In this document: one piece after another, positions 39,809 through 49,400 of the stretch
Numbering within the stretch: the stretch's first letter is position 1
Layout of the letters: each line of letters begins with the position of its first letter
Program-made: the position numbers and the translations under genes
The notes under the pieces: generated by a model
The model's database searches: none
What the model saw: only the letters and a program-made list of their open reading frames with translations
Told to the model about the DNA's origin: nothing
Source: Alphaproteobacteria bacterium
GTDB lineage: Bacteria; Pseudomonadota; Alphaproteobacteria; CAAHEQ01; UBA3637
Assembly (NCBI GenBank): GCA_015062395.1
Contig: SUUS01000001.1
Location: 65,429-129,428 of the forward strand
Length of the DNA: 64,000 nt
Direction of reading: 5' to 3'

Positions 39809-42213
39809 ATGAAATTAAGTCAAACAGCGATTAGAGAATTATCTTCTTAATATCGAAGTGTTTTGAAAAAATGCTTCATTTTAAATGCCATCGTATTAAT
39901 GGCAGTTGCCCCTGCAATGGCAGCAGATTATGGCGTAGATGTGACGGAAACCAAAACATACACAGAAACATCTTTTGATGGAACTGTTGCTGGTATTTAT
40001 TCTGGTACTGGAAAAACAGGTACTTTTACAGCTGAAGACATCGTAATTAAAGACACCGAAAGAGGAATTTATGCTGTAGGCACTGACTCTAAAGTGATTA
40101 TTGGTAGCGAATCGGAATTTACCGACAGTTTAACTATATCGAACGTATCTAACAGAGGTATCAGAGCAGAAAAAGGTGCTGAAGTAGATATTTATACTGA
40201 CGATGTCTCGATAAGTGCTGGTGATGACGTATATGCATTACATGTTCGGGGAACGACAAGTACAAATCAAAAAGACGAATCAGACATTGTCACATTGATT
40301 TCCATTAATGCAGAAGATGTAAATTTAACCAGTAAAAATGTTGCTGCTGTTATTGTAAATAATGCAAGTATAAAACAAGATAAAAACAATTCTCCTACGT
40401 CAAAAATTAGTATTGTAGCAGATAATATCAATATTTCATCAGATTCCATAGCACTTTCAACAATGAGTGAAGGAATTATTGAATTAACAGGAAATACTGT
40501 TTTAAACGCACCAGATGTAATTTCTGCTCGTGGAGAATCTACAATTAACATAAATACAACAGACGCAACAAAAACATTAAAAATGGATGGAAACATCAAC
40601 TTTAGTTATAACAATGCGACATCAAAAAGTGGTATTGACGCAAATGTTAACGTAGCGTTAAACGGTACTGAGTCTTATTGGTCTGGAAATACAACAGTTA
40701 ACTGGGATGTTAAACCAGAAAACGAAAAATTGATTGTCTCTAATGCGACTGTTTCATTGAATGAAGGCGCTACTTGGAATGTTGCAAAGATTGAAGAAAC
40801 GGATACACTAAGACAAAACGCATTGAATAACTTAATTGTAAACAAGGGAACTATTTCTGTTGGCACAGGCGCAAAAGCTTGGGTTGAAAATATGCAAGTT
40901 AATGGTAATTTAACCTTAAACGGTTCTGTTACAGCAGATTCCGTTGTTTTTGCGAATAATTCATCCTTAACAACAACATTATTAAAAGATACTGCCATTA
41001 TTACAGCAAATACTGTAGAAGTTGGTGAAAATTCTATTTAAATATCTCGAACGGTACAGGAACATACGCATTCATCGATGCTCAATTAACTGGAGATTTT
41101 TTAAATACTTTATATAACTTAGATGCAACAACAGAACAAGGAAAACTTATTGTATCTGAAAAATCTGCAGAAGATATTGCAAGTAATACAGGTATTTCCA
41201 CTGATGCGGCGGCCACAATTTCTGGATTAGCTGGTTCAGATAATGAAAAAGCTCAATCTATTGCAACCTATATTGAAAGCGAAATTAACTCCGGAAATAC
41301 TGATATCGTAGAAAAGATTACCAACAACATTAATCCGACTTCAAATCCTGTTGTTCAATCTGTATCAACAGAAGTTAATGGGCAAATTATGAATTTAGTT
41401 GGCGCTCGTTTAGCTCCTGCAACAGGACGTTCTGCAGGTGACTTTACAGGTGAATTTGGTGGTTTATGGGCTAAAGGCTTATACAACCGTTCAAAACAAG
41501 ACGGTCAATTCCACAGATACACAAAGGGCGTCGCAATGGGTGCTGATGTTATCTTTGACGAAACATTCACGTTAGGGGTTGGTTATGCTTACAATACAAC
41601 AGACGTCAAAGCCGATGCAAGAAAGACTGACATTAAAGGTCATAACTTCTTTGCTTACGCAGAATATCAACCAAACAACTGGTTCATGAATGCTGCAGTA
41701 AGTTATAGCAAAGCCGATTATACAGAACATAAAGAATTAGTCGGAGAAGAAGCTAACTACAATGTTGAAACTTACGGAGCTCAAGCAATGACTGGATACG
41801 ATTTTGCAGTTGGTTTAACACCTCAAGTTGGATTAAGATACTTGCATGTAAGACAAGATTCTTATAATGATGGTCTAACTTCTGTAAAAACAGAAGATAC
41901 TGACTTATTAACGGCTGTTGCAGGCATCAATTTTGCGAAAGATATGAAAGCATCAATCTTTACATTTACGCCAGAACTTCGTTTGGCTGCAACTTATGAT
42001 GTTGTTTCAGATGGAACAGAAGCCAATGTTATATTAGGAAATGCATCTTATACTGTTAAAGGTCAACGCTTACCTCGTTTTGGTGTCGAAACAGGTGTCG
42101 GTGTTCAAATGAATGTTGCCGATCGTCTTAACGTTAACGTTGATTATGATTTAGGTGTTCGCAGAGATTATATGAGCCATACAGGTACTGTATCTTTGAA
42201 ATACAACTTCTAA
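39809..42213 (+). pseudogene. Autotransporter adhesin-like gene disrupted by an in-frame TAA and a frameshift
   Basis: ATG at 39809 has a strong AAAGGAG and is followed by an in-frame TAA at 39848-39850, just before a perfect signal peptide (KKCFILNAIVLMAVAPAMA). The passenger has repetitive beta-helix-like N/T/S/G-rich repeats. Its frame ends at 41041 while the downstream frame is open from 41029. The C-terminal beta-barrel domain (41389-42213) ends ...SLKYNF. Confidence 0.7.
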
Positions 42214-42414
42214 TCATTGTTATAAAAAAGAAAAGTCTATGGTTGTGAAATCTGGCTCGAAGGCCAAAATTTAATAGTTCGTGGAAAAATAGCCTTTTTA
42301 GGAAGAAATCAAAAATAGCTCGCAAATAAAGATTTTAAATCAGAAGAAAATATAGACTTGATACCAAAGAAACCAAAAATAAAATAAAAAAAATGAAAAA
42401 AATAAAAAAAGGTA

Positions 42415-42443
42415 TTGACAAGCATTTTTTTATTGTCTATAAT
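42415..42443 (+). promoter_or_regulatory. Consensus sigma-70 promoter of tRNA-Pro(UGG)
   Basis: TTGACA (42415-42420), 17 nt, then TATAAT (42438-42443). The tRNA starts 10 nt downstream. Confidence 0.6.
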
Positions 42444-42453
42444 GCCTTTTATT

Positions 42454-42530
42454 CGGAGCGTAGCTCAGTCTGGTAGAGTACTTGGTTTGGGACCAAGGTG
42501 CCGTAGGTTCAAATCCTATCGCTCCGACCA
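42454..42530 (+). tRNA. tRNA-Pro (anticodon UGG), CCA encoded
   Basis: CGGAGCGTAGCTCAGTCTGGTAGAGTACTTGGTTTGGGACCAAGGTGCCGTAGGTTCAAATCCTATCGCTCCGACCA. Cloverleaf folded by hand: acceptor CGGAGCG/CGCTCCG, anticodon stem CTTGG/CCAAG with loop TT-TGG-GA, T-arm GTAGG-TTCAAAT-CCTAT. Confidence 0.93.
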
Positions 42531-42534
42531 ATAT

Positions 42535-42567
42535 AAAAAAGCGGAAGTTTATACTTTCGCTTTTTTT
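42535..42567 (+). terminator. Rho-independent terminator after tRNA-Pro(UGG)
   Basis: GCGGAAGT (42541-42548) pairs with ACTTTCGC (42553-42560) with one G-U pair, then T7. Confidence 0.7.
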
Positions 42568-43058
42568 GTTGTCCAATTCCCCTGCAAAGCCCTAGGACAG
42601 CCAACTGCTGAAAAGTGATTTTATACCAAAATCGATGTGGTTGCCGAGATTTTTCCAAATTGATATATACTTTTGCCCGAATATATATACCTTGTGCAAT
42701 GTGATTTTTTCGCCAGAGCCACTTGACCGTAAGTTATTGTTTTTGAATAATTGATTATAATGGTATGACATTAACTTTCCGAATCTTGCCAAGCAGTGGT
42801 TGGTTTAGAAACCCAAAAACTGATACCACAATTTGCACACACCTCTAAAAGCCTTATTTTATAAGGAGTTTAAATTTTTTATAACTTATACACATGGTGT
42901 TTGGGGCATATAAAGAGATTTTCATTTTTTTTGAAAAAAATGACTATTTTCTTGCAATTTTAGGTAGAAGTCGTTAAAATGTGACGGATTATAATTTTAT
43001 GCTGATAAATGAGGTGTTTTCATGGCAGACGATATTCAAATTCAAAAAATGGACGGCA

Positions 43059-43178
43059 TCACCTTTTTTTCAAGCTTTTTGTGATTGCTTCAATACCCGC
43101 TTTTACAGCGCGGTCAGCATCGGCCTTGGTTAATCCTGCTGTTTTAGCAATAGCTTCAACTAATTCTGTTTTATTCAT
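43059..43178 (-). pseudogene. Truncated HU/IHF-family DNA-binding protein gene (5' fragment only)
   Basis: Reverse-strand ATG at 43178 has an AAGGAA upstream. It reads MNKTELVEAIAKTAGLTKADADRAVKAGIEAITKSLKK, the canonical HU N-terminus, then hits TGA right after an A7 run. Even with the frame corrected, only GDAV follows before all HU similarity is lost. Confidence 0.6.
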
Positions 43179-43322
43179 TGTATTTTCCTTTCTTTATATA
43201 TAAAGTTAAATGAAGGCTCATGATACCTTCATTTAGTATTAGAGAGAATTTAGATGGGTATGTCAAGAGGAAAATTAATTATACCAATAATCTGCATTAA
43301 GAGTGGCCAGTAATCTTTTTTC

Positions 43323-43351
43323 TTGACAAAAAAACAAAAAAGTGATATAAT
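43323..43351 (+). promoter_or_regulatory. Consensus sigma-70 promoter of the ProRS2-PPTase-ATP-grasp operon
   Basis: TTGACA (43323-43328), exactly 17 nt, then TATAAT (43346-43351). The ATG at 43394 is preceded by AGAGAGAGG. Confidence 0.6.
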
Positions 43352-43393
43352 ACGACATCGTGTTTTAAACATAAAAAGAGAGAGGCTATAAAA

Positions 43394-44908
43394 ATGACTT
43401 TAAAAAATACAAGAGCGAGCAACTATCCTGAGTGGTATCAGAATGTCATAACTGCAGCTGATATGGCAGAAGTATCTTCTTCGCCAGGATGCATGGTTAT
43501 TAAGCCTTGGGGGTATGGGATATGGGAACGTATTCAACGGGTTCTAGATGATAAGATCAAAGAAACAGGTCATGAGAATTGTTACTTTCCTCTATTTATT
43601 CCTTTAAGCTATTTTCAAAAAGAAGCAGAGCATGTTGAAGGTTTTGCTAAAGAAATGGCAATTGTTACTCATAGTCGCTTAACTATGCAAGATGGCAAAT
43701 TGACACCTGATGGAAAATTGGAAGAACCTCTTATTGTTCGTCCTACCTCTGAAACAATTATTGCGGATTCGTTCTCAAAATGGGTCAAATCATACAGAGA
43801 TTTGCCAATTATGATAAATCAATGGGCAAATGTTGTCCGTTGGGAGATGAGACCAAGAATCTTTTTACGAACAAGAGAGTTTTTATGGCAAGAAGGTCAC
43901 ACTGCACATGCTAGTTATGAGGAAGCGGAACAAGAAGCAAAAACCATGTTGAATGTGTATTCTGATGTGGCACGAGATGCTTTGGCTATGCCTGTTATAA
44001 AAGGACGCAAGCCCGAGCATGAAAAATTCCCAGGCGCTGTTGATACATATTGTATAGAAGCAATGATGCAGGATGGTAGAGCTTTACAAGCTGGTACCTC
44101 GCACTTTTTAGGCCAAAATTTTGCCAAATCAGCTGATATTAAGTTTCTAGGTAAGGATGGGAAACAACAATATGCATACACAACCTCTTGGGGTGTAACG
44201 ACACGTCTAATTGGTAGCTTAATTATGACGCACGCTGATGATGAAGGAATGGTCGTTCCTCCAAAGATTGCACCACATCAAATTGTTATCGTCCCTATCA
44301 TCAAAGATAAAGCTCAAAGAGAGGAAGTAATGTCCTACGTGATGCGCTTGTATTCTGCTTTATCTAAACAGAGCTATGATGGCGAAAAAATTCGTGTAAA
44401 AGTTGATACAAGAGACAAGGAATCTGTAGACAAAATGTGGGAGTGGACACGAAAAGGTGCCCCCATTGTATGTGAGGTTGGACCTCGTGACGTAAAAAAC
44501 AATGGTTTAATGGTCAGAACAAGAAATAAGATCAACACCCCAGAATGGAAACAAGTTGTTCAGTTTGATGATTTTGTTTCATCAGCTTCTAAGAGGTTGG
44601 AAGATTTCCATATGGATTTATATAACGCTGCGAATACTCGTTTACAACAAAATCAAAGAACAGATATTACAACGGCAGAGGAAATGCAAGCATATTTTGC
44701 GCAACAAAACTCTTGGGTAAACGGTCAAGGGCAAAAGGTAGCTTTTGTCCGTGGCAAATGGTCTGAAGATCCAGAAAGCGTTGATAAAATGAAGGAAATG
44801 AAAATTTCAATTCGCTGTATTCCTGAGGATCAATCTCAGAAGGAAGGAAATTGCCTTTTGACTAATAAAAAAGCGAAACTTGATGTTATTTATGCAAGAT
44901 CTTATTAG
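43394..44908 (+). CDS. proS: Prolyl-tRNA synthetase, archaeal/eukaryote-like type (no INS domain, ProRS-C1-type C-terminal domain)
   Basis: 504 aa. YPEWYQNVITAADMAEVSSSPGCMVIKPWGYGIWE and the following N-terminus are typical of type-II (archaeal/eukaryote-like) ProRS. Class II motifs RPTSET, FLRTREFLWQEGHTAH and TSWGVTTR. The C-terminus ends ...VIYARSY, with the conserved terminal Tyr of this subtype. Confidence 0.9.
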   Translation: MTLKNTRASNYPEWYQNVITAADMAEVSSSPGCMVIKPWGYGIWERIQRVLDDKIKETGHENCYFPLFIPLSYFQKEAEHVEGFAKEMAIVTHSRLTMQDGKLTPDGKLEEPLIVRPTSETIIADSFSKWVKSYRDLPIMINQWANVVRWEMRPRIFLRTREFLWQEGHTAHASYEEAEQEAKTMLNVYSDVARDALAMPVIKGRKPEHEKFPGAVDTYCIEAMMQDGRALQAGTSHFLGQNFAKSADIKFLGKDGKQQYAYTTSWGVTTRLIGSLIMTHADDEGMVVPPKIAPHQIVIVPIIKDKAQREEVMSYVMRLYSALSKQSYDGEKIRVKVDTRDKESVDKMWEWTRKGAPIVCEVGPRDVKNNGLMVRTRNKINTPEWKQVVQFDDFVSSASKRLEDFHMDLYNAANTRLQQNQRTDITTAEEMQAYFAQQNSWVNGQGQKVAFVRGKWSEDPESVDKMKEMKISIRCIPEDQSQKEGNCLLTNKKAKLDVIYARSY

Positions 44909-44913
44909 AAAAA

Positions 44914-45573
44914 ATGAGCAAAATTTTTCTTTATCATGTAGATAAATCAAAAATTGATGAGTCTCAGCTTTCTGTTCTGGAGTCTATTTTGTCAGCAACA
45001 GAAAACAAAAGATTTAAAAAGATAAAAATGATAGATGCGAGAAAGAATTTTATTCTTTCTCGTTTTCTGATTAATAAGGCATTAATGAATTTCAATTGTG
45101 CGCAAAGATTTCATATTGGTAGAACTATATATGGGAAACCATATTTATCTCCAAATCCTAAAAATTTAAAAATATCAATAAGTCATACGAGAGATATTAT
45201 TTGCCTTTTAATTGCAAAAAATATAGAGTTTATAGGTGTTGATATAGAGGAAAAAAACAGAAAAATAAATAAAAAAGGTATTATAAATTTTCTGTACTCT
45301 CCTGATGAAAAATTGTATCTTAAAACAAAAGATTTGTATAAAAATTTTTTTAAATATTGGACCTTTAAGGAGGCATTTACGAAAGCTCTTGGAAAAGGAC
45401 TTTTAATTCCATTTAATCAAATATCCTTTTCCAAAAAATACCAAAAGTATTATGTTACCTCTGTGCCTATTGATATAAACTCTAATACAACAGGGTTCAT
45501 AGTATGTTTAGATAAAAATGAAAGATCAGCCGATATTAACATAAATAATGTTATTATAGGAGGGATAAAATGA
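44914..45573 (+). CDS. Sfp-type 4'-phosphopantetheinyl transferase
   Basis: GKPYL, SISHT, IGVDIEE and YWTFKEAFTKALGKG (the W/KEA motif). It starts 5 nt after the ProRS2 stop. Confidence 0.85.
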   Translation: MSKIFLYHVDKSKIDESQLSVLESILSATENKRFKKIKMIDARKNFILSRFLINKALMNFNCAQRFHIGRTIYGKPYLSPNPKNLKISISHTRDIICLLIAKNIEFIGVDIEEKNRKINKKGIINFLYSPDEKLYLKTKDLYKNFFKYWTFKEAFTKALGKGLLIPFNQISFSKKYQKYYVTSVPIDINSNTTGFIVCLDKNERSADININNVIIGGIK

Positions 45574-46409
45574 AAAGAATTTGTATTGCGACAGATGAAG
45601 ATAATATCAATGATCCTGAGAATTTACTAATTAGTAAAATTCTTAATGACATGGGAGCTAAAGCAGAATTGACTATTTGGGATAAACAAGAAAGTCTTTT
45701 CAAAGATTGCGACTATGTTTTAATTCGTTCTTGTTGGAATTATCACAAATACCCAGATAAATTTATTCAATGGATAAATTCTCTCAATATTCCAACAATC
45801 AACGCTAAGAGTTTAATCCAATGGAATATTCATAAAAAATATCTTCTTGAGTTAGAAAAACACAATATTGAAATTCCAAAAACATATGTTATTCAAAAAG
45901 AAAATGTAAAAGATTTTAATTTTAATATATTTGATGAATTTGTAATAAAACCAGCAATATCAGCAAGTGGCTATTTGACATATAAATATAATAAAAATGA
46001 TAGTGAAAAGGTAAATTCTTTACTTCCATTGTATTCTTCAGATGTTTTAATACAAGAATTCATTCCGGAAGTAATACAAGAAGGTGAAATATCCTTTGTA
46101 TTTTTCAACAATAGCTTTTCACATGCTGTAAAAAAAATACCTTCACTATCTGATTTCAGAAGTCAAGCAAGATATGGAGGAACTGTTAAAAATTTTATTC
46201 CAAATCAAGCTTTAAAAAATAAGGCAGTAGAAATAGTACAAAAAATCATGGATATCACTAACGAATGCCCTTTCTATATGAGATTAGATGCGGTTTTGAG
46301 AAAAAATAATTTAGTTATAATGGAAATTGAGGCAATTGAACCCAGGCTTTTTTTATCGAATTCAAATTGTGATATCTTTAAAAAAGCTTGGCAATCTATT
46401 CTTCCTTAA
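45570..46409 (+). CDS. ATP-grasp ligase, RimK/GshB-like
   Basis: VIKPAISASG, VLIQEFIP, DFRSQARYGGT (compare the RimK EFRSN..GG motif) and LVIMEIEAIEP. ATGA overlap with the PPTase gene and a GGAGG RBS. Confidence 0.75.
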   Translation: MKRICIATDEDNINDPENLLISKILNDMGAKAELTIWDKQESLFKDCDYVLIRSCWNYHKYPDKFIQWINSLNIPTINAKSLIQWNIHKKYLLELEKHNIEIPKTYVIQKENVKDFNFNIFDEFVIKPAISASGYLTYKYNKNDSEKVNSLLPLYSSDVLIQEFIPEVIQEGEISFVFFNNSFSHAVKKIPSLSDFRSQARYGGTVKNFIPNQALKNKAVEIVQKIMDITNECPFYMRLDAVLRKNNLVIMEIEAIEPRLFLSNSNCDIFKKAWQSILP

Positions 46410-49400
46410 CTGTATCTTCTAAAAGGGATATATACAAAGAAGCCCAGTCTTTAATGGTATTTATATCAAAACGATGAACATGATACCAAAAATTAAAACG
46501 AAGATTGCTTTTCTGCATGTCGACTATCAGAAATAATCCCGCTAATTCTCTTAAGGTTGAATAGTTTAATGTATTCAACAATGGTTCTGAAATGGTTCCA
46601 AGTGTTTCTAAAACTTCTACTTTAGGCCAGACATTGTCTTTTTCTTTGTGATAATTATTCAGCATGATATAGGCATCTGTGAAATAACTTGATCGAGAGA
46701 AATTCAAAAACTTTTCGACATACTTAGGTAAAAGATTCACTGGGTAGTAAGACCTTTCATTCACAAGAGATACAATACTATTAATTTGGGTTATTTGTGT
46801 CATATTAGAAAGAGTTTCATCTAAAGAAATCGGAAGTGGGAATTGTTTAACGAATGGGCCTATTGTTTCTTTAAAATTATCCTCTGTTCGTCCATTGAAA
46901 ACAGTTCCTATTAATAAATTATGTTGTCTTGTTAATTTTACCAATAACTTCGAATAAACAAACAACAATACTGAAAAAACGGATACATGCGCTTTATGAG
47001 CAAATTTATTTAAGGATTCATATACTTTTTCTGAAGAAAAAATGGTATAGCAACTTGACGGATAACACTGTTCAAAAAATTCATCTCCGGTTTTATTTGG
47101 CAAAATTACAGGACGTGCAATACCAGCATATAACCCACCAAAGAAGGCTTCATTTTCCTTTTCTGTCTCCAGTAAAAATTTATGTTGCCAATCTACATAT
47201 TGATCATAGAGAACTGGATTTGGGAGTCTCAAATGTGATTTTTGAAGAAAAGAGGCATAAAATTTTCTTAATTCTTCAACAAATACCGTCACAGATGTTC
47301 CATCGAATGGCAAATGATGCGTAAAAAGAAGACATATAAACTGATTATTATTTAACTTTAAAATTTTTAAAATCCAAGGTGGGGTTTTTGTAATATCAGG
47401 AAAAGAAGATGTTAACGTACATGCTAAATTTTTTATATATTCAGCAACATTTTCTACACCCTTCATATTCACAAAAATACTTTCACTAGAAATGAAATCT
47501 TTTATATTACAAGTTTCATAATGATTATCAACATAACAATGTGTCAAAATTGGATGTCTTGAAATAACCTCTTTTAAGGCGTTCAAAAATGAATTCTTTT
47601 TTAGTTCGCAATGGAAAAGTATTGGTATCAATAAATATCCATATTTAATTCTTTCTAATGCCACCCACCTTTGTTCTTCATATGATAACTTGTTTTCACT
47701 ATTGTTCTTATCCAAGACAATCTCTGTTTTTTCACATAGTTTTTTATCCAATGATTTACTGGAACAATTTTTGATACAAAAGGCTGTTAAATTTCTTAAA
47801 GTTCTTTCTTTAAATACAACACTAACAGGGAATGAAATATTTAACAAATGTCTAATAGCGTTACGTAATTCTATTGCGCTTAAAGAATCAAGTCCCAAAT
47901 CAAAAAGATCATCATCTTTTTCAATATGGCAATTATGTGTATATTTGTCTAAAACTCGAGCAACTTCGGATGAGACAATACTAGGAATGTCTTGAATGCT
48001 GTATTGAGTTAATGTATCCGTGTTCTTTTCCTCAACAGGCAAATAATCTTTTGCTAACAATCTAAAGAACGGGCTATTTTCGAGTTTATATTTTCTTAAA
48101 AAGATATTCCAATTCATAGGTAATAAAATTACCTGTTCTTGTAAACTAAGTATTGATGACATTATCTCATCGAAATCGTTTTTTTTAAGATAAGAATATC
48201 CCTTTTCTTCTAATTTCTGCTGTAGATTCTTGTTTATATCAATAGTTCCTAAGTCCCCCCATGCTCCCCAATTAATACTTAATGCTGGTAATCCCAAAGA
48301 TATCCTATATTTACACACAGAATCCAAGAATGCGTTTGCTGTTGTATAATTAGATTGTCCAGGATTTCCTATTACGGATACAGCGGAAGAAAAGACTACA
48401 AAAAAATCTAACTGTGTATTTAAAGAGAGTTTATGTAAATTCCATACTCCAAGAACCTTTGCCTTTGCAATTTTCTTAAAGTCCTCCATAGTCGTATTTG
48501 TAAAGGATTTATCCTCAATACAACCAGCCGCATGCACAATTCCACCGATATTTTTTATATCAAGTTTTGAAGACAATGCAAAAAACTTGCTCTCATCGGA
48601 AATATCCATACTTATATATTCTAGGTCTAATGTGTCATCAAGCAGCTTTAAAGTTCTTATTTGTTCTATCACCTCATTCTTTTCCCGACGGCCAACTATC
48701 ACAATTCGTTTTGCACCATTTTTAATGAGCCACTTACTGGTTAAAAGTCCTAATGCACCTACCCCCCCTGTCACTAAATATTGTTTTTTAGGAACTATAG
48801 TGAGTTTCCGTTCTGATGATAAAGAAATGGGGGCTAAAGTTGCTTCAAAGACACTTTTCCCGCCTGGATCAATTTGAAAAAAACTAAACGACTTTTGCTG
48901 ACGTATACACGAAGCAATCTTTGAAATAGAATTTTCTGTCAATGCCTTTGCAAAAAAACAAGAGCATTTGATTTCTGAATTTTCAAGACAAATTGTTTTT
49001 AAAAGAGAAACTAGAGATTCATTTAAAAAGTCATTACCAACAAAAATAAACGAAATATTTTCTATTTTCCCCATTAAAAAGGCTTCTTTTAAGGAATAAA
49101 AAACGTTTTTGATCTTATTTAAATAAAGCCTTAAGATATCAGATGAGGTGTAATTCTGCACATCATCGGAAATACTGTCTATAACATATACAATACGTTC
49201 TATTTTCTTCTTAAAAGAATCAAGTTTTTCTTTTAAGAAGAATGAGTTATTTGAAATATCTGTACTTACAAGGAGATTCTTTTCTGATGAGAAGTGTGCT
49301 ATTTGACTTTTATCTCCTATAATTAACGAATTCTCTATATAAGATTTAGAAAAATTAGAAAGCGAAACTGATTCCCATTGAATTTTGTATAAATCGTTTC

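Noticed and set aside
42415-42618. 67-aa ORF overlapping tRNA-Pro(UGG), and the 75-aa ORF at 57286-57513 overlapping tRNA-Pro(CGG)
   Set aside because: Their translations run straight through the tRNA genes (…AQSGRVLGLGPRCRRFKSYRSDQ… and …GVVGSNPATPT…), which is the classic spurious pattern.
42592-42850. 66-aa minus-strand ORF and an adjacent CANCG-containing frame, examined as a possible integrase, transposase or TnpB remnant at the island border
   Set aside because: I could recognise no tyrosine-recombinase (R..H..R..Y), DDE or zinc-finger pair motif. A single CxxC in an AT-rich frame is not evidence. I leave it as unassigned sequence.
43009-43203. 64-aa plus-strand ORF
   Set aside because: It is antisense to the clearly HU-like reverse-strand reading (MNKTELVEAIAK…). 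I treat it as a shadow of the HU gene fragment.
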